64,000 bases of DNA from Pseudomonadota bacterium (lineage in GTDB: Bacteria > Bdellovibrionota_B > Oligoflexia > Oligoflexales > RGVZ01): the NCBI GenBank assembly GCA_041178085.1, contig JBEGVZ010000019.1, forward strand, positions 1 to 64,000, written 5' to 3'. The position numbers and the translations under genes were made by a program. Shown here piece after piece: positions 19,028 to 28,598 of this stretch; the stretch's first letter is position 1, and each line of letters opens with the position of its first letter. Under the pieces are notes generated by a model. The model worked only from the letters and a program-made list of their open reading frames with translations. It ran no database searches and was not told the DNA's origin.

Positions 19028-22000
19028 TCAGGGAATCACGTATCCGAGCACAGGTGCCTGCACCGGCGAAGCACTGTTGGTTCCGTTGCCCTCACAGAAG
19101 GGATCCTTGCTCAGCCACTGCATATTACCATCACACCGGAAATCGTTATTCAAGACGGAGCAGCTAACCACACAACGGTAAATGGGAATCAGGCCGGCGG
19201 CGGGTGAATTCATCACGCTCCAGATACCCCCTTCTATGACATAACCTGCCCCCGGATTTTCACCCGGCTGCAGGTAATAATGCAGTTTCCCGCCCGGGGT
19301 ATCCCTGTACCAGCGTATGATCTGCTTGTCACCGCCACCGGGCGCATTGAAATACGGCTGAGCTTCTACGAGGTAGCCTGCATTCCAGCACTCGTTAACG
19401 TCCGTGGGATAAATGTGGTTGGTATAAAAGGCTGTGTTGGTCTGGCTCCGGCAACGATGGACTGGAATCTTTGTCTGGCAAACACCATTAACGATGACGC
19501 CGGAACTGCATGTTGTTGCCGGTACTGGTGCCGGCGGAGGCTGGGAGGAGGTCTGACTGCTGGTGGTCGTATTGCAGTTAGCAATTCTCACCGTATCTCC
19601 ATAGTTATCGTACCGGGAACTGACCACACCATTCCGTGTCGCTCCCACGTATGAGCTCAAGCCAGCGCCCCATGTTGCCCTAATCGTTCCCCCGACTGCG
19701 TTGCTGATTGCCCCACAGTGAATGGCCGCGACACATGGATGGCTGTCACCTGTGTAATCGAAATCACCCCAGATTCGGGCACACTGGGCAGTATTTGGCT
19801 GACACTGGATCGTATGGGCAACATTCTGGAGTCCCCGCAAAGATCTATCATAATCACAGGGGTTTGGCGGCGGCGGGGGCGGGATCGCTGCCGTATTTAC
19901 CGTCACGGTAGTGGGATTGCTGAGGTTGAAGGCACACGCTGGCGACGTACTACCTGAACAGGCCCCCGACCAAGAAGAAAACTGATAACCGGACAATGGC
20001 GCGGCCTGCATGCTCACCGCCGTCCCGGCAGGGATTGAGAAACTGCATGTTGTGTTCGCACCACATGACATGGTCATTCCTGCCGCCGTCAGGGCTACCG
20101 TTGAATTACCCGAGACAACTGTCAGTGTCGGCGATGTGTTGACTGTCACGGTGGCGGCATTCACGATCGTGAAACTGCAGGAATTTACGGCGCCTGCAGA
20201 ACAGGATCCTGACCAGGACGAAACCCGGTAACCTGTCGAAGGACTAGCCGTCATCGCAATCGAAGAACCAGCGGGAAAATTGGAGTAAGTGCAAGTAGAT
20301 CCCGCCTGGCACGTGACCGTCTGATTGGCTCCAACCACTTGGACTGAACTGTTCCCCGAATTGATAGTCAATGGAACAGATTTATCCTGCCGAACCACGA
20401 AGTGTGGTGACACGCAAATCAGCGGAAATCCACCCACGGTCAGGTTGGCGATGATCTTTGCGGCTGAATCTCCGACCGGCACGAATGCTGAGTTCGGCAG
20501 GCTCGGGTTAACGATATCGGATCCAGACCTGGTTAACGCGTACGGCACATAAGTATGCGCAAGTGGCAGTGACTCGGGTGACATGTGCAGAGTCCAGGAA
20601 ATCTCGTTAAAGGCTGTCCCGACATTCCCGCCGCTCAGTATGATCGATGGCGTAACCTTGAATGCAAAAGTCTGGTTAGCCAACAGGGCCGGGGCTGGGA
20701 GGTTGATTTTTGAAATGACAGGTGCCGGGATACCACTCATTGTGCAAGTTGGCATCTGCACAAGATTGGTAACCATGAAGGGCGGAGCACAGGCCACCGT
20801 GTTGCCTGCCGCATCAGTCACCGATCCCTGGGCGACCTCGTTGTTGGCAGTAAAAGTGTATGGGCTGGTCATGGAAAACCGGGTACCCGTTCCATCAAGT
20901 GCCGTGAACCCGGAAGCCAAAACGGGCGCCTGACTGCCAATCCGGGCCGAGGCAAGAGCCTGGTTACCCTTGTTAATCACCATGGTCAGGTTCACTGGGG
21001 TGCCGGAAATGATCTGTGCGTTGTCATTGTTGGAACGCATGACGGTACAAGATAGATTACCGGATGTCGTATCGTTGGTATTGACCGTTGCATTTGTCGT
21101 GTTTGTGATCGCGAAGCTGCACGAGGGATTATTGCTGCCCGCGCATGGGCCGGACCATGAAGCAAACTGGTAACCATTCGATGGCGTCGAAACCATCGAC
21201 ACCGATGCCCCTGCCGGGATCAGCAAATTACATGTTGACTGTGCATTGCACGTCCACGACTGGCCGGCGGCACTGACCTGAACGCTGGAGAATCCCGAAT
21301 TTACGGTCAATGGTACCGACGAATCCTTGCGCACCAGGAAGAGGGGAGAGGAACACGCCACTTGCTGGCCAGCCACGATGACAGACGAGACAATTTTTGC
21401 CTGTGAGTCTTGTCCGCTCAAGAAGGCGGCATCCGGAAGCGCCGCGTTCACGACATCAAGACCTGATTTGGCCAACGCATTTTCTGCCAGCACGGCTGGT
21501 TGCGCGGCGGATGCCATCAGCAGCTTCCACGGAGCCTCTGTGAATCCGGAAACCGGGGAACCTCCCGTGAGGGTGATCTCTGGGGTGGCCTTGAAAGAGA
21601 AAGTCCTGTTTGCCGCATCGATCGATGCCGGCAAGTTCAATTTTGCAGTAACAAGTGGGGGAATCCCGCCGAGCGCGCATGCAGGCAGCTGGATGACATT
21701 GTTCACCGAAAATGCCGGCATACATGTTGCCGTATTACCGGCAGAGTCCGTGACTGATCCCTGGACCACTTCGTTGTTTACAGAGAACGTGTACTGCCCG
21801 GTGATTGAATATTTGGTTCCGCTTGCGTCAAGCGCCGCAAATGACGCCACGCCAACATCCGGCTGGCTGGCAAGGCGGGCCGATGCAAGCGGCTGGTTCC
21901 CCTTGGTGATGACCATGGTCAGGCTTACCGGCGTCCCTGAGATCACGGGGGTATTGTCGTTGCTGGTGCGCATCAAGGAACAGGAAAGACTCCCTGCCGA

Positions 22001-23656
22001 AGTATCGTTCACCGTCAGCAGGCTGGTGTTTGTGCGCGAGCCTCCCGGCCCGATTGCAGTGCAGACAAAAGGCTTGGGTCCCTTGCCAGTCAGGCCGTTG
22101 ACAACAAACTGACTCGAAGCATTCAATGACTCAAAATTGATCACCTGCCCGTCAGGAGCGGTGACGGTCACTGGACTTGAGATCAAACCAGATCCAACCA
22201 CACGGCGAATTGTCAGGGGAACAGTTACATCAAATCCAGCGTAGGCGACTGCCGCATTGATCCCCCCAGCAGGAGACGCTGGAGCGCCGAATGCAACCTC
22301 GCAAGCAGCAGCTGGCTCGCTGACCGTCACCGTAGAAGTACACTCCCGGCGATAAGGATTGCCCATCGGATCGGTTGCAGAGATGACCCCGCGAATGATC
22401 TTGAAACCAGCCGTTCTGAAGGAGAATGACGCGCACTTGGCGGCACTTCCCGCCGGGCATTCAGCCGACGTGACATCATCGGGGGTTGTGACAATTGCAG
22501 ATAATTGCGTGGTGATGTTGGAATAGTTTTCAGTGCTGCCCGAATTCGATAGAAAAAATTCGGTGGCGGAGTTGAGGGCAGCGGTCGTCGATGCGGGACT
22601 GACAGAGCAATCAGGGCCGGCAGCGGGTGAAGGCACGGCTATGGACGCAATGCACAGCGAAGATAGAGTTCCATTTTTATTAACCACGCGGACCGGAAAT
22701 AAGTTTGTTCCGTATTGGCTGAGCGTCACGGCGAAAGTGGCCTTGCCTTCGCTGTCCGCAGTTTTCTTGCTCGTTGGATCCTGACTATCTTGCGGGAAAA
22801 CAAACGCACCGTGGTTACCAGTGCCGGTCACCGTAATGGTTGCCTGGCTGTTCAAGGCAGGGGGCTGAGTCTGGCTCGTGATGCTGGCGAGGCAAGATGG
22901 CATTCCTTCAGAGACAACCAGACCGCCGCCGCAGCCAATCGTCCTGATTACGGAACTCTGTAAATCAGTGGACCGCAATTCAACCCTTGCGTTCCAGATG
23001 TACTGCCCGGCAACCAGGCCGTTAAAGGTTTTGCTTACGGGAAAGACAAGGGGCAAGTCCTCCGTTGGCAGGCCTGAGCCCGCAGGAATCAGCTGGGCAC
23101 TTGTGACCTTGAACTTGGCGGCATCCACATTGAGCAGGTTGATCGTCATCTCTGCCGCTTCGCCACGAACGATTCCCATTGAAGGAAACGAAATGCTGCA
23201 AGAGGGAAGCAATTCAACCGTTGTCGTGAACGGCCGTTCGACCAGCAGATTCGCGACGCAACTATGCGCTTCTTTGAATTCATCGTAGGCAAGAGCCATC
23301 ATCTTGACGGTTCCAATGGCGTCGACCTTCGCCAGATCCTGAAAAGAATCAGAAGGCGTCAGGGTATCTCCATTTATTGATAAGCTTTGGATGGCCTTGC
23401 CAGAAAGTAGACTCACCCGGGCACGGGGAGCCGTACCAGCCACAATGGTCGTTTTTTCCAATGCGAAGTTACAGCCGTTGATCTTGGCATCAGAACCCGC
23501 TGTGACCGGGACCCCGAGTCCCGGCGCCACGTTTGTCACGCCGCGAAATGTCACTCGCTGGGTTCCGCAGCGATAAAGGAGCAGCGCCACCAAAGGGATG
23601 ACAATCGCCCGGTGGCGCTTCAAAAACCAAAAAAAGTGCTGTGGATCCGAGAACAT
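19028..23656 (-). CDS. Large Cys-rich surface/adhesin-like protein (Ig-like modules, InlB-B-like repeats, LCCL, C-terminal DUF5648-like region)
   Basis: N-terminal hydrophobic segment plus Cys; three GY.F/V.SWSG.C repeats; LCCL-like YTGDS.PC.AAIHCG..GG..Y.G.TRNGV.S; start trimmed to ATG 23656. Confidence 0.75.
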   Translation of the reverse strand: MFSDPQHFFWFLKRHRAIVIPLVALLLYRCGTQRVTFRGVTNVAPGLGVPVTAGSDAKINGCNFALEKTTIVAGTAPRARVSLLSGKAIQSLSINGDTLTPSDSFQDLAKVDAIGTVKMMALAYDEFKEAHSCVANLLVERPFTTTVELLPSCSISFPSMGIVRGEAAEMTINLLNVDAAKFKVTSAQLIPAGSGLPTEDLPLVFPVSKTFNGLVAGQYIWNARVELRSTDLQSSVIRTIGCGGGLVVSEGMPSCLASITSQTQPPALNSQATITVTGTGNHGAFVFPQDSQDPTSKKTADSEGKATFAVTLSQYGTNLFPVRVVNKNGTLSSLCIASIAVPSPAAGPDCSVSPASTTAALNSATEFFLSNSGSTENYSNITTQLSAIVTTPDDVTSAECPAGSAAKCASFSFRTAGFKIIRGVISATDPMGNPYRRECTSTVTVSEPAAACEVAFGAPASPAGGINAAVAYAGFDVTVPLTIRRVVGSGLISSPVTVTAPDGQVINFESLNASSQFVVNGLTGKGPKPFVCTAIGPGGSRTNTSLLTVNDTSAGSLSCSLMRTSNDNTPVISGTPVSLTMVITKGNQPLASARLASQPDVGVASFAALDASGTKYSITGQYTFSVNNEVVQGSVTDSAGNTATCMPAFSVNNVIQLPACALGGIPPLVTAKLNLPASIDAANRTFSFKATPEITLTGGSPVSGFTEAPWKLLMASAAQPAVLAENALAKSGLDVVNAALPDAAFLSGQDSQAKIVSSVIVAGQQVACSSPLFLVRKDSSVPLTVNSGFSSVQVSAAGQSWTCNAQSTCNLLIPAGASVSMVSTPSNGYQFASWSGPCAGSNNPSCSFAITNTTNATVNTNDTTSGNLSCTVMRSNNDNAQIISGTPVNLTMVINKGNQALASARIGSQAPVLASGFTALDGTGTRFSMTSPYTFTANNEVAQGSVTDAAGNTVACAPPFMVTNLVQMPTCTMSGIPAPVISKINLPAPALLANQTFAFKVTPSIILSGGNVGTAFNEISWTLHMSPESLPLAHTYVPYALTRSGSDIVNPSLPNSAFVPVGDSAAKIIANLTVGGFPLICVSPHFVVRQDKSVPLTINSGNSSVQVVGANQTVTCQAGSTCTYSNFPAGSSIAMTASPSTGYRVSSWSGSCSAGAVNSCSFTIVNAATVTVNTSPTLTVVSGNSTVALTAAGMTMSCGANTTCSFSIPAGTAVSMQAAPLSGYQFSSWSGACSGSTSPACAFNLSNPTTVTVNTAAIPPPPPPNPCDYDRSLRGLQNVAHTIQCQPNTAQCARIWGDFDYTGDSHPCVAAIHCGAISNAVGGTIRATWGAGLSSYVGATRNGVVSSRYDNYGDTVRIANCNTTTSSQTSSQPPPAPVPATTCSSGVIVNGVCQTKIPVHRCRSQTNTAFYTNHIYPTDVNECWNAGYLVEAQPYFNAPGGGDKQIIRWYRDTPGGKLHYYLQPGENPGAGYVIEGGIWSVMNSPAAGLIPIYRCVVSCSVLNNDFRCDGNMQWLSKDPFCEGNGTNSASPVQAPVLGYVIP
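20135..22009 (-). repeat. Internal tandem duplication of about 311-314 codons in the adhesin gene
   Basis: NDTSAGSLSCSLMRTSNDNTPVISGTPVSL (from 22009) versus NDTTSGNLSCTVMRSNNDNAQIISGTPVNL (from 21076). Confidence 0.85.
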
Positions 23657-23663
23657 GGAGGTG

Positions 23664-23690
23664 GGTTCGGTCAAAAACACGGAAACTTGA
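23664..23690 (-). promoter_or_regulatory. Putative sigma28 (FliA) promoter of the adhesin gene
   Basis: TCAA(GTTT)-N15-ACCGAACC, 7 nt before ATG 23656. Confidence 0.55.
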
Positions 23691-23752
23691 GCGAATTCAT
23701 GTCGGCTTCGGATTTGGATTTTTTCGTAATAAAAACAATTGCTTAGCTTACA

Positions 23753-24703
23753 TCAAACTTGACCCCTGAGCGAACAACTCCCCGGGGCGGATTCGACCTC
23801 AATCGTCGGGTGGATATGATCCCCAGCGGAATGCACAAGTTCCTTCACCTTCGCCTTGATCGCTTCAATCGCAGGCAAGTCCGAGGCGTCGACGACCAGG
23901 TGCATGGTCAACACGTGATGGGCTCCGTCCAGGGACCAGACATGCATGTCGTGCACACCAGAGACACCGGGCAATTCCATGATCGCCGCCTTCAATGAAT
24001 CGGTGTTCATGTGCTCTGGAGTCCCCTGAAGAAACAGCACAAGGGTTGAGCGAAGATTGCGCAGCACATTAAAAAGAATGAAGCCGACAAAAATGAGCGA
24101 AAGGATGGGATCGATGATGGGCAAATCGACAAACATCATCACGATGCTTGAGATTGCCACCACCACCCAGCCAAGCAGGTCTTCCACCAGATGCCACGAC
24201 AGCATGCGTTCGTTCATGGTCTGCCCGGCGTGAAGGCGTGAGGCCGCCACAGCATTGACGACAATGCCAAGTACGGCCATGCCAAGCATCCATCCGGTCT
24301 TGGGTTGCACAGGATTCATAAGTCGAGGCACGGCCTGGACGATGACGAAGATGGACGAGGCGACTAGAAAAAAAGAAGTCAGCAGCGCGGAAAGAAGAGA
24401 AACCCGGCGATAACCGTAGGAAAACCGCTCGTCACTTTTCCTGCCGGCAATACCCTCCATGCACCACGCAAGAAAAAGAGCGAGGCCGTCACCAAAGTCG
24501 TGCACGGCATCGGCCACCACCGCAACGGATCCAGCATAAATTCCACCCACCAGTTCGACCACGGAGAAGCCAAGATTCAGCAACATTGCCGTGAAAATAT
24601 TCTTGCGACTGGCGCCGTGATGATGCGCGTGGTGATGGCCATGATGATGATGGCCATGATGATGTTTCTCGTGCTTGTGGCCGTGAACGGGCTGGTTACC
24701 CAT
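23753..24703 (-). CDS. Cation diffusion facilitator (CzcD/ZitB-like)
   Basis: His-rich N-terminus, ADAVHD.GD, FSYGY.R, HLVED, VHDMHVWSL. Confidence 0.92.
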   Translation of the reverse strand: MGNQPVHGHKHEKHHHGHHHHGHHHAHHHGASRKNIFTAMLLNLGFSVVELVGGIYAGSVAVVADAVHDFGDGLALFLAWCMEGIAGRKSDERFSYGYRRVSLLSALLTSFFLVASSIFVIVQAVPRLMNPVQPKTGWMLGMAVLGIVVNAVAASRLHAGQTMNERMLSWHLVEDLLGWVVVAISSIVMMFVDLPIIDPILSLIFVGFILFNVLRNLRSTLVLFLQGTPEHMNTDSLKAAIMELPGVSGVHDMHVWSLDGAHHVLTMHLVVDASDLPAIEAIKAKVKELVHSAGDHIHPTIEVESAPGSCSLRGQV

Positions 24704-24707
24704 CGGC

Positions 24708-25202
24708 TCAGGTCTCGACCATGACAGGCAAAGACGCTGCCAAGGGTGCCGTAAGGCCAGGCGCCAGCGCGGCAGGATATTCAAGGCGTGAAACCTCAAT
24801 TCCCACCGTCCGGAAAAGTTCAAGCGATTCCTGGGAACGATACTCGTGACAATAATGGACACGCCGGACGTTACCAAGGTTGATCAGGCGCTTTGCGCAC
24901 ATCACACAGGGCAAGTGTGTGACGAAGACGACTTTATCGATGTTGCGCGGGCTGTCGCAGTTTATGACAGCATTTTCTTCAGAGTGAAGACACCCGCAAC
25001 GCCCGGCCTCGTCCCGGTCACACTGGTTGGGCAGACCGGAAGCATTGCCGTTGTAACCGACTGCCAAAACCTTGCGAAAATCGGTACTGGTGATCACCGT
25101 GCCGACCTTCAGGCGCCGGCAAGTGCTGCGTTCAGCGAGGGCGAATGCCAGGGACAGGTAGATTTCCGGAAACCCGGGACGTCTTGAACTTGCGGGGGTC
25201 AT
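24708..25202 (-). CDS. dCMP deaminase-like Zn-dependent deaminase
   Basis: RSTC.RLKVG, GYNG, HSEENA, PCVMCAK. Confidence 0.88.
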   Translation of the reverse strand: MTPASSRRPGFPEIYLSLAFALAERSTCRRLKVGTVITSTDFRKVLAVGYNGNASGLPNQCDRDEAGRCGCLHSEENAVINCDSPRNIDKVVFVTHLPCVMCAKRLINLGNVRRVHYCHEYRSQESLELFRTVGIEVSRLEYPAALAPGLTAPLAASLPVMVET

Positions 25203-25213
25203 CGGTGTTCTCC

Positions 25214-26494
25214 TTACCTGCCCTGGGCCAAATGGGATCTACCCTCAAAAGATAACTCGATGCCCCAGTCGGATTCCAATGGAATCATCTGGCGGGAATC
25301 ATGACGGACACCGGGATCACCCAAGATTCCCTGGTCCCAGCGCAACGCCCGGGCCCCTGCGGGGGAGCGATCCCCAAGGATCACAGGAGCCTGAAATAAA
25401 TGAAGCTTTTGCAATTCTGGCCGGGTCCGCTGGTCGTTCCCCCCGAGCACAGCCTGATAAAGTCCAGGGCCGCCTTCAAGTAACACGCTTCGCACCCCAA
25501 GTCCCTGCAGTGCCTCATCCACTTCAGCCCAGATGAAGCGCCCGGTCGACGGCTCGCAGGGGACTTGAACCACCTTGATGCCGCGTTCTTGCGCCCGGGC
25601 AATTTGCTCTTGCCCTGCAACAATCCAAATCGTGGTCTCTGACTGAAAATGAATCAGGTTGGCGGCTGGACTGTCACAAAGCGCGTCCAGGGCACGCCCG
25701 CGCGGATCAAACACCACGCGGCGCGGGGTCCTGCAGGTGACATGACCTCCCAGGAATGGATGCCTTACATCAAGGCGAGGATTGTCCGCCAGCGCGGTAC
25801 CAGCCCCGACTGCGACAGCATCATAGGCCAGACGCAGAAAATGCCCGTAGGCCCTGGCGCGGTCCCCGGTGATCCAAACACGGCGATCCCCCTCAAAGGC
25901 AACGACACCGTCCAGACTGCTGGCTACTTTCATGCCGGTAAAAATACGGCCTGTGGATATGTTGTGCAGGAAAACCCCGGCCAAGTCTGCGCAAGCCGCG
26001 GACCAGGGTTTCAGTGTTTGGGCGGCCGCGGCCTCTATCACTTCGACTCCAGCCTCACGAAGGAGGGCTGCCCCCTTACCCGCGACCAGGGGATTGGGGT
26101 CCCGCAGACCGTAAACAACTTTACGGATGCCGGTCGCTGCCACGGCCCGGGCACAGGAAGGGGTCCGTCCTTCGTGAGCACAGGGTTCAAGGGTGACGTA
26201 AAGAATGGCACCTTCAAGGCGCGCCTCCCGACCCTGCTCCCTCACCTGCTTGAGGACATTGGCCTCAGCATGCAGGCTACCGACTTTCTCGTGGGCTCCG
26301 GCCGCCAAAAAACGATGTTCCTGGTCAACCAGAACGGCGCCGACCAGCGGGTTGGGGGAGACAGCGCCAAGGCCGCGCAGGGCGACAGCCAACGCCATGT
26401 TGCACGCGTCATCGGGAGTCAGTGGCTCCCCGGCGGCAGGCAAGGCCAGATCACGCAGCAGTTCATCCTTGGCCAGGTTGAACCAGCGGATCAC
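25214..26494 (-). CDS. ribD: Riboflavin biosynthesis deaminase/reductase
   Basis: SPNPLVGAV, HAE, TLEPCAHEGRTPSC, K.A.SLDG, DNPRL, LLEGG. Confidence 0.93.
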   Translation of the reverse strand: MIRWFNLAKDELLRDLALPAAGEPLTPDDACNMALAVALRGLGAVSPNPLVGAVLVDQEHRFLAAGAHEKVGSLHAEANVLKQVREQGREARLEGAILYVTLEPCAHEGRTPSCARAVAATGIRKVVYGLRDPNPLVAGKGAALLREAGVEVIEAAAAQTLKPWSAACADLAGVFLHNISTGRIFTGMKVASSLDGVVAFEGDRRVWITGDRARAYGHFLRLAYDAVAVGAGTALADNPRLDVRHPFLGGHVTCRTPRRVVFDPRGRALDALCDSPAANLIHFQSETTIWIVAGQEQIARAQERGIKVVQVPCEPSTGRFIWAEVDEALQGLGVRSVLLEGGPGLYQAVLGGNDQRTRPELQKLHLFQAPVILGDRSPAGARALRWDQGILGDPGVRHDSRQMIPLESDWGIELSFEGRSHLAQGR

Positions 26495-26542
26495 AGGCCA
26501 GCCCCCGGACCGCGGAGGGTAAATTGGGGTACAATCTTCGTC

Positions 26543-27814
26543 ATGGATAAAGATCTCTCACACTTTGCGAAACTGGACCAGCAGCTCGTTGATGCCGCCA
26601 AGCAAATCAAGGTCCTCAGTAACCTTGCCTGGCCGGATGAGCTGGCTCACGAATTCCTGACCGGTTGGAAGGCAGGAAACCCGCCCATTCCCCGGCCAAA
26701 ATACAAGATCCACAGCTATCCCGCCCAGCTCCAGACCCTGGAAGGGATCATCAAGGCCGCTGGCGACCAGCATCCCGTAGGGCGTTACATTTCCCGGACG
26801 GCGCTGAGCTACATCCGCGCCGGCCGGATGCTTGAGTGCATCGGAAAACCTGAGTTCACGAAACTTTCTGTGGACTTGTATGGCAAGCCTGGCGATTCGA
26901 TCGGCTCAACGGAAGTGACCAACCTTGCGGCCGCCGAACACTTCATCAAAGCCATCGACGAATACAGCACCATTCTTGCCGCGCCCGAGCCAGAACCAGC
27001 GATTCCCTCCGAGCAGATGGCCGAAGCGCTGCGGGCACGTTTCAATCCTTTCTTCACGAAGCATCCGGTGGAGATCGTCATTGACCCAGACCTGCCGTCG
27101 AAAGCGGCCGCCAGCGCGCGCCGCATCCGGATCCGCGGCAACACCAGGTTCACCGACCTGGACGTCAAGCAACTGGCAGAACACGAGGGGTTGGTCCACA
27201 CAGCAACGATGCTCAACGGGCGCGAGCAGCCAAACCTGAAAAGCCTTGGACTGGGATCGCCAAGAACCACCGTCACCCAGGAGGGCATTGCCACCTTCGC
27301 TGAATTCATCACCGATACGATGGACGTCTGGCGCTTGAAACGAATCGCCCTGCGCATCAAGGCGATTGACCTGGCGCTCAAAGGCGCCAACTTCATCGAA
27401 GTATTTAAATTCTTCCTGGGTGAAGGCCAGTCGGAGAAAGAAAGTTTTGCCTCGGCTGCACGCGTCTTCCGCGGCGGCAATCCGGAGGGGGGCGTCGCAT
27501 TCACCAAGGATGCCGTCTATTTGAAGGGACTTATCTTTGTTCACACATTCCTGCGCAAGGCGATCCAGAACCAGAAGGTCCACTTCCCGACTTACATGTT
27601 CGTCGGGAGGCTGACGCTTGGGGACATCGTGTCTTTAGAGGAATTCATCGAAAAAGGCTGGATTGCGCGCCCTATTTACCAGCCCGAGTGGCTGGCCAAC
27701 CGGGAATGTCTGGCGGCCTATCTTGCGTATGCCTCTTTTGCCAATCGCATCAATTTGAGCAAAGTCACACTCGCGGACTTCGAGGATGGATCTCTGGAAT
27801 CCGCCGCGAAATAG
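26543..27814 (+). CDS. DUF1704 / QEGLA-motif putative metallopeptidase
   Basis: HEGLVH (HExxxH), TQEGIA, RVFRGG, FTKD.VY; the 5' extension in the ORF track is antisense to ribD. Confidence 0.85.
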   Translation: MDKDLSHFAKLDQQLVDAAKQIKVLSNLAWPDELAHEFLTGWKAGNPPIPRPKYKIHSYPAQLQTLEGIIKAAGDQHPVGRYISRTALSYIRAGRMLECIGKPEFTKLSVDLYGKPGDSIGSTEVTNLAAAEHFIKAIDEYSTILAAPEPEPAIPSEQMAEALRARFNPFFTKHPVEIVIDPDLPSKAAASARRIRIRGNTRFTDLDVKQLAEHEGLVHTATMLNGREQPNLKSLGLGSPRTTVTQEGIATFAEFITDTMDVWRLKRIALRIKAIDLALKGANFIEVFKFFLGEGQSEKESFASAARVFRGGNPEGGVAFTKDAVYLKGLIFVHTFLRKAIQNQKVHFPTYMFVGRLTLGDIVSLEEFIEKGWIARPIYQPEWLANRECLAAYLAYASFANRINLSKVTLADFEDGSLESAAK

Positions 27815-27833
27815 AACCCATCAGGAACTGAAG

Positions 27834-28595
27834 ATGTCGTCAAAATCATCACTCATGATCATGATCGCGATTTGTTTTCTGTCCCGACCGTCTTTCGCTG
27901 AGGTTGTGACCACGGATGTCGCGACCCAGTGCGCGACCGGGATGAGAGACGACCGTTCATGCCAGGAGAATCGCATTCACCCATGGGCTGGTACATTGGA
28001 ACTGTCTTTTGGCCTGGACGGAGCGCTGGCCGGCCGAACTTCAGATGAGAGGACTTTTTCTACGAAAGTAAAACCCAACGACAGTGCCAACACGACCTTC
28101 AAGAATGACGGCAGCGAGAGCCTCAGGTTCGCCGCGACCTTCCGCCTGGATATCTTTGAAAAATTCGGCGCCGGATTCACCGCCGGCTATGATGCGACGT
28201 CACTCGACGCAACGCCGAAAACCCAGACCGGTTATGTTTCTTCGGATTCATCGCCGTTTTCGATGGACTATTCAGGCCCGTTCGTAGAGACAGCGATCTT
28301 CTTTCCAGTACAGCGATTAAACACGGTGGGTATCCTGGGTGGCTTGCGGCGCTATTTTGTCGACCATGCGACCGCAACAAACGAGGACTTCGCTGGCAAA
28401 TCCAAACTGGAATATTCGGCGAAGGTTGCACCACGGGAGGCCTTCTTCGGACTTTTCGTTGGCCCGTTTTATGTCACGGCAAGCAAAAGGACTGAAGTCT
28501 GGAGCCAGGACGCGGATCAGTCCCTGCTGGATAATTCAGGAACGGGTTTCGAGATCGGACTGTCCGGTCCGTTCGTAATGATTTTTCCACGTTAG
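27834..28595 (+). CDS. Secreted hypothetical protein, possible beta-barrel
   Basis: Signal peptide ending SFA; alternating aromatic/Gly strands. Confidence 0.6.
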   Translation: MSSKSSLMIMIAICFLSRPSFAEVVTTDVATQCATGMRDDRSCQENRIHPWAGTLELSFGLDGALAGRTSDERTFSTKVKPNDSANTTFKNDGSESLRFAATFRLDIFEKFGAGFTAGYDATSLDATPKTQTGYVSSDSSPFSMDYSGPFVETAIFFPVQRLNTVGILGGLRRYFVDHATATNEDFAGKSKLEYSAKVAPREAFFGLFVGPFYVTASKRTEVWSQDADQSLLDNSGTGFEIGLSGPFVMIFPR

Positions 28596-28598
28596 GAT

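Noticed and set aside
24615..24685. ATG/GTG-rich low-complexity repeat
   Set aside because: Encodes the ordinary His-rich N-terminus of the CDF transporter
25649..26542. Apparent N-terminal extensions or fusions in the ORF track (also 32307-32993, 39898-40614, 55398-56210, 57342-58148, 62732-63004)
   Set aside because: They are antisense to real genes or span promoters; recognisable domains begin at downstream starts
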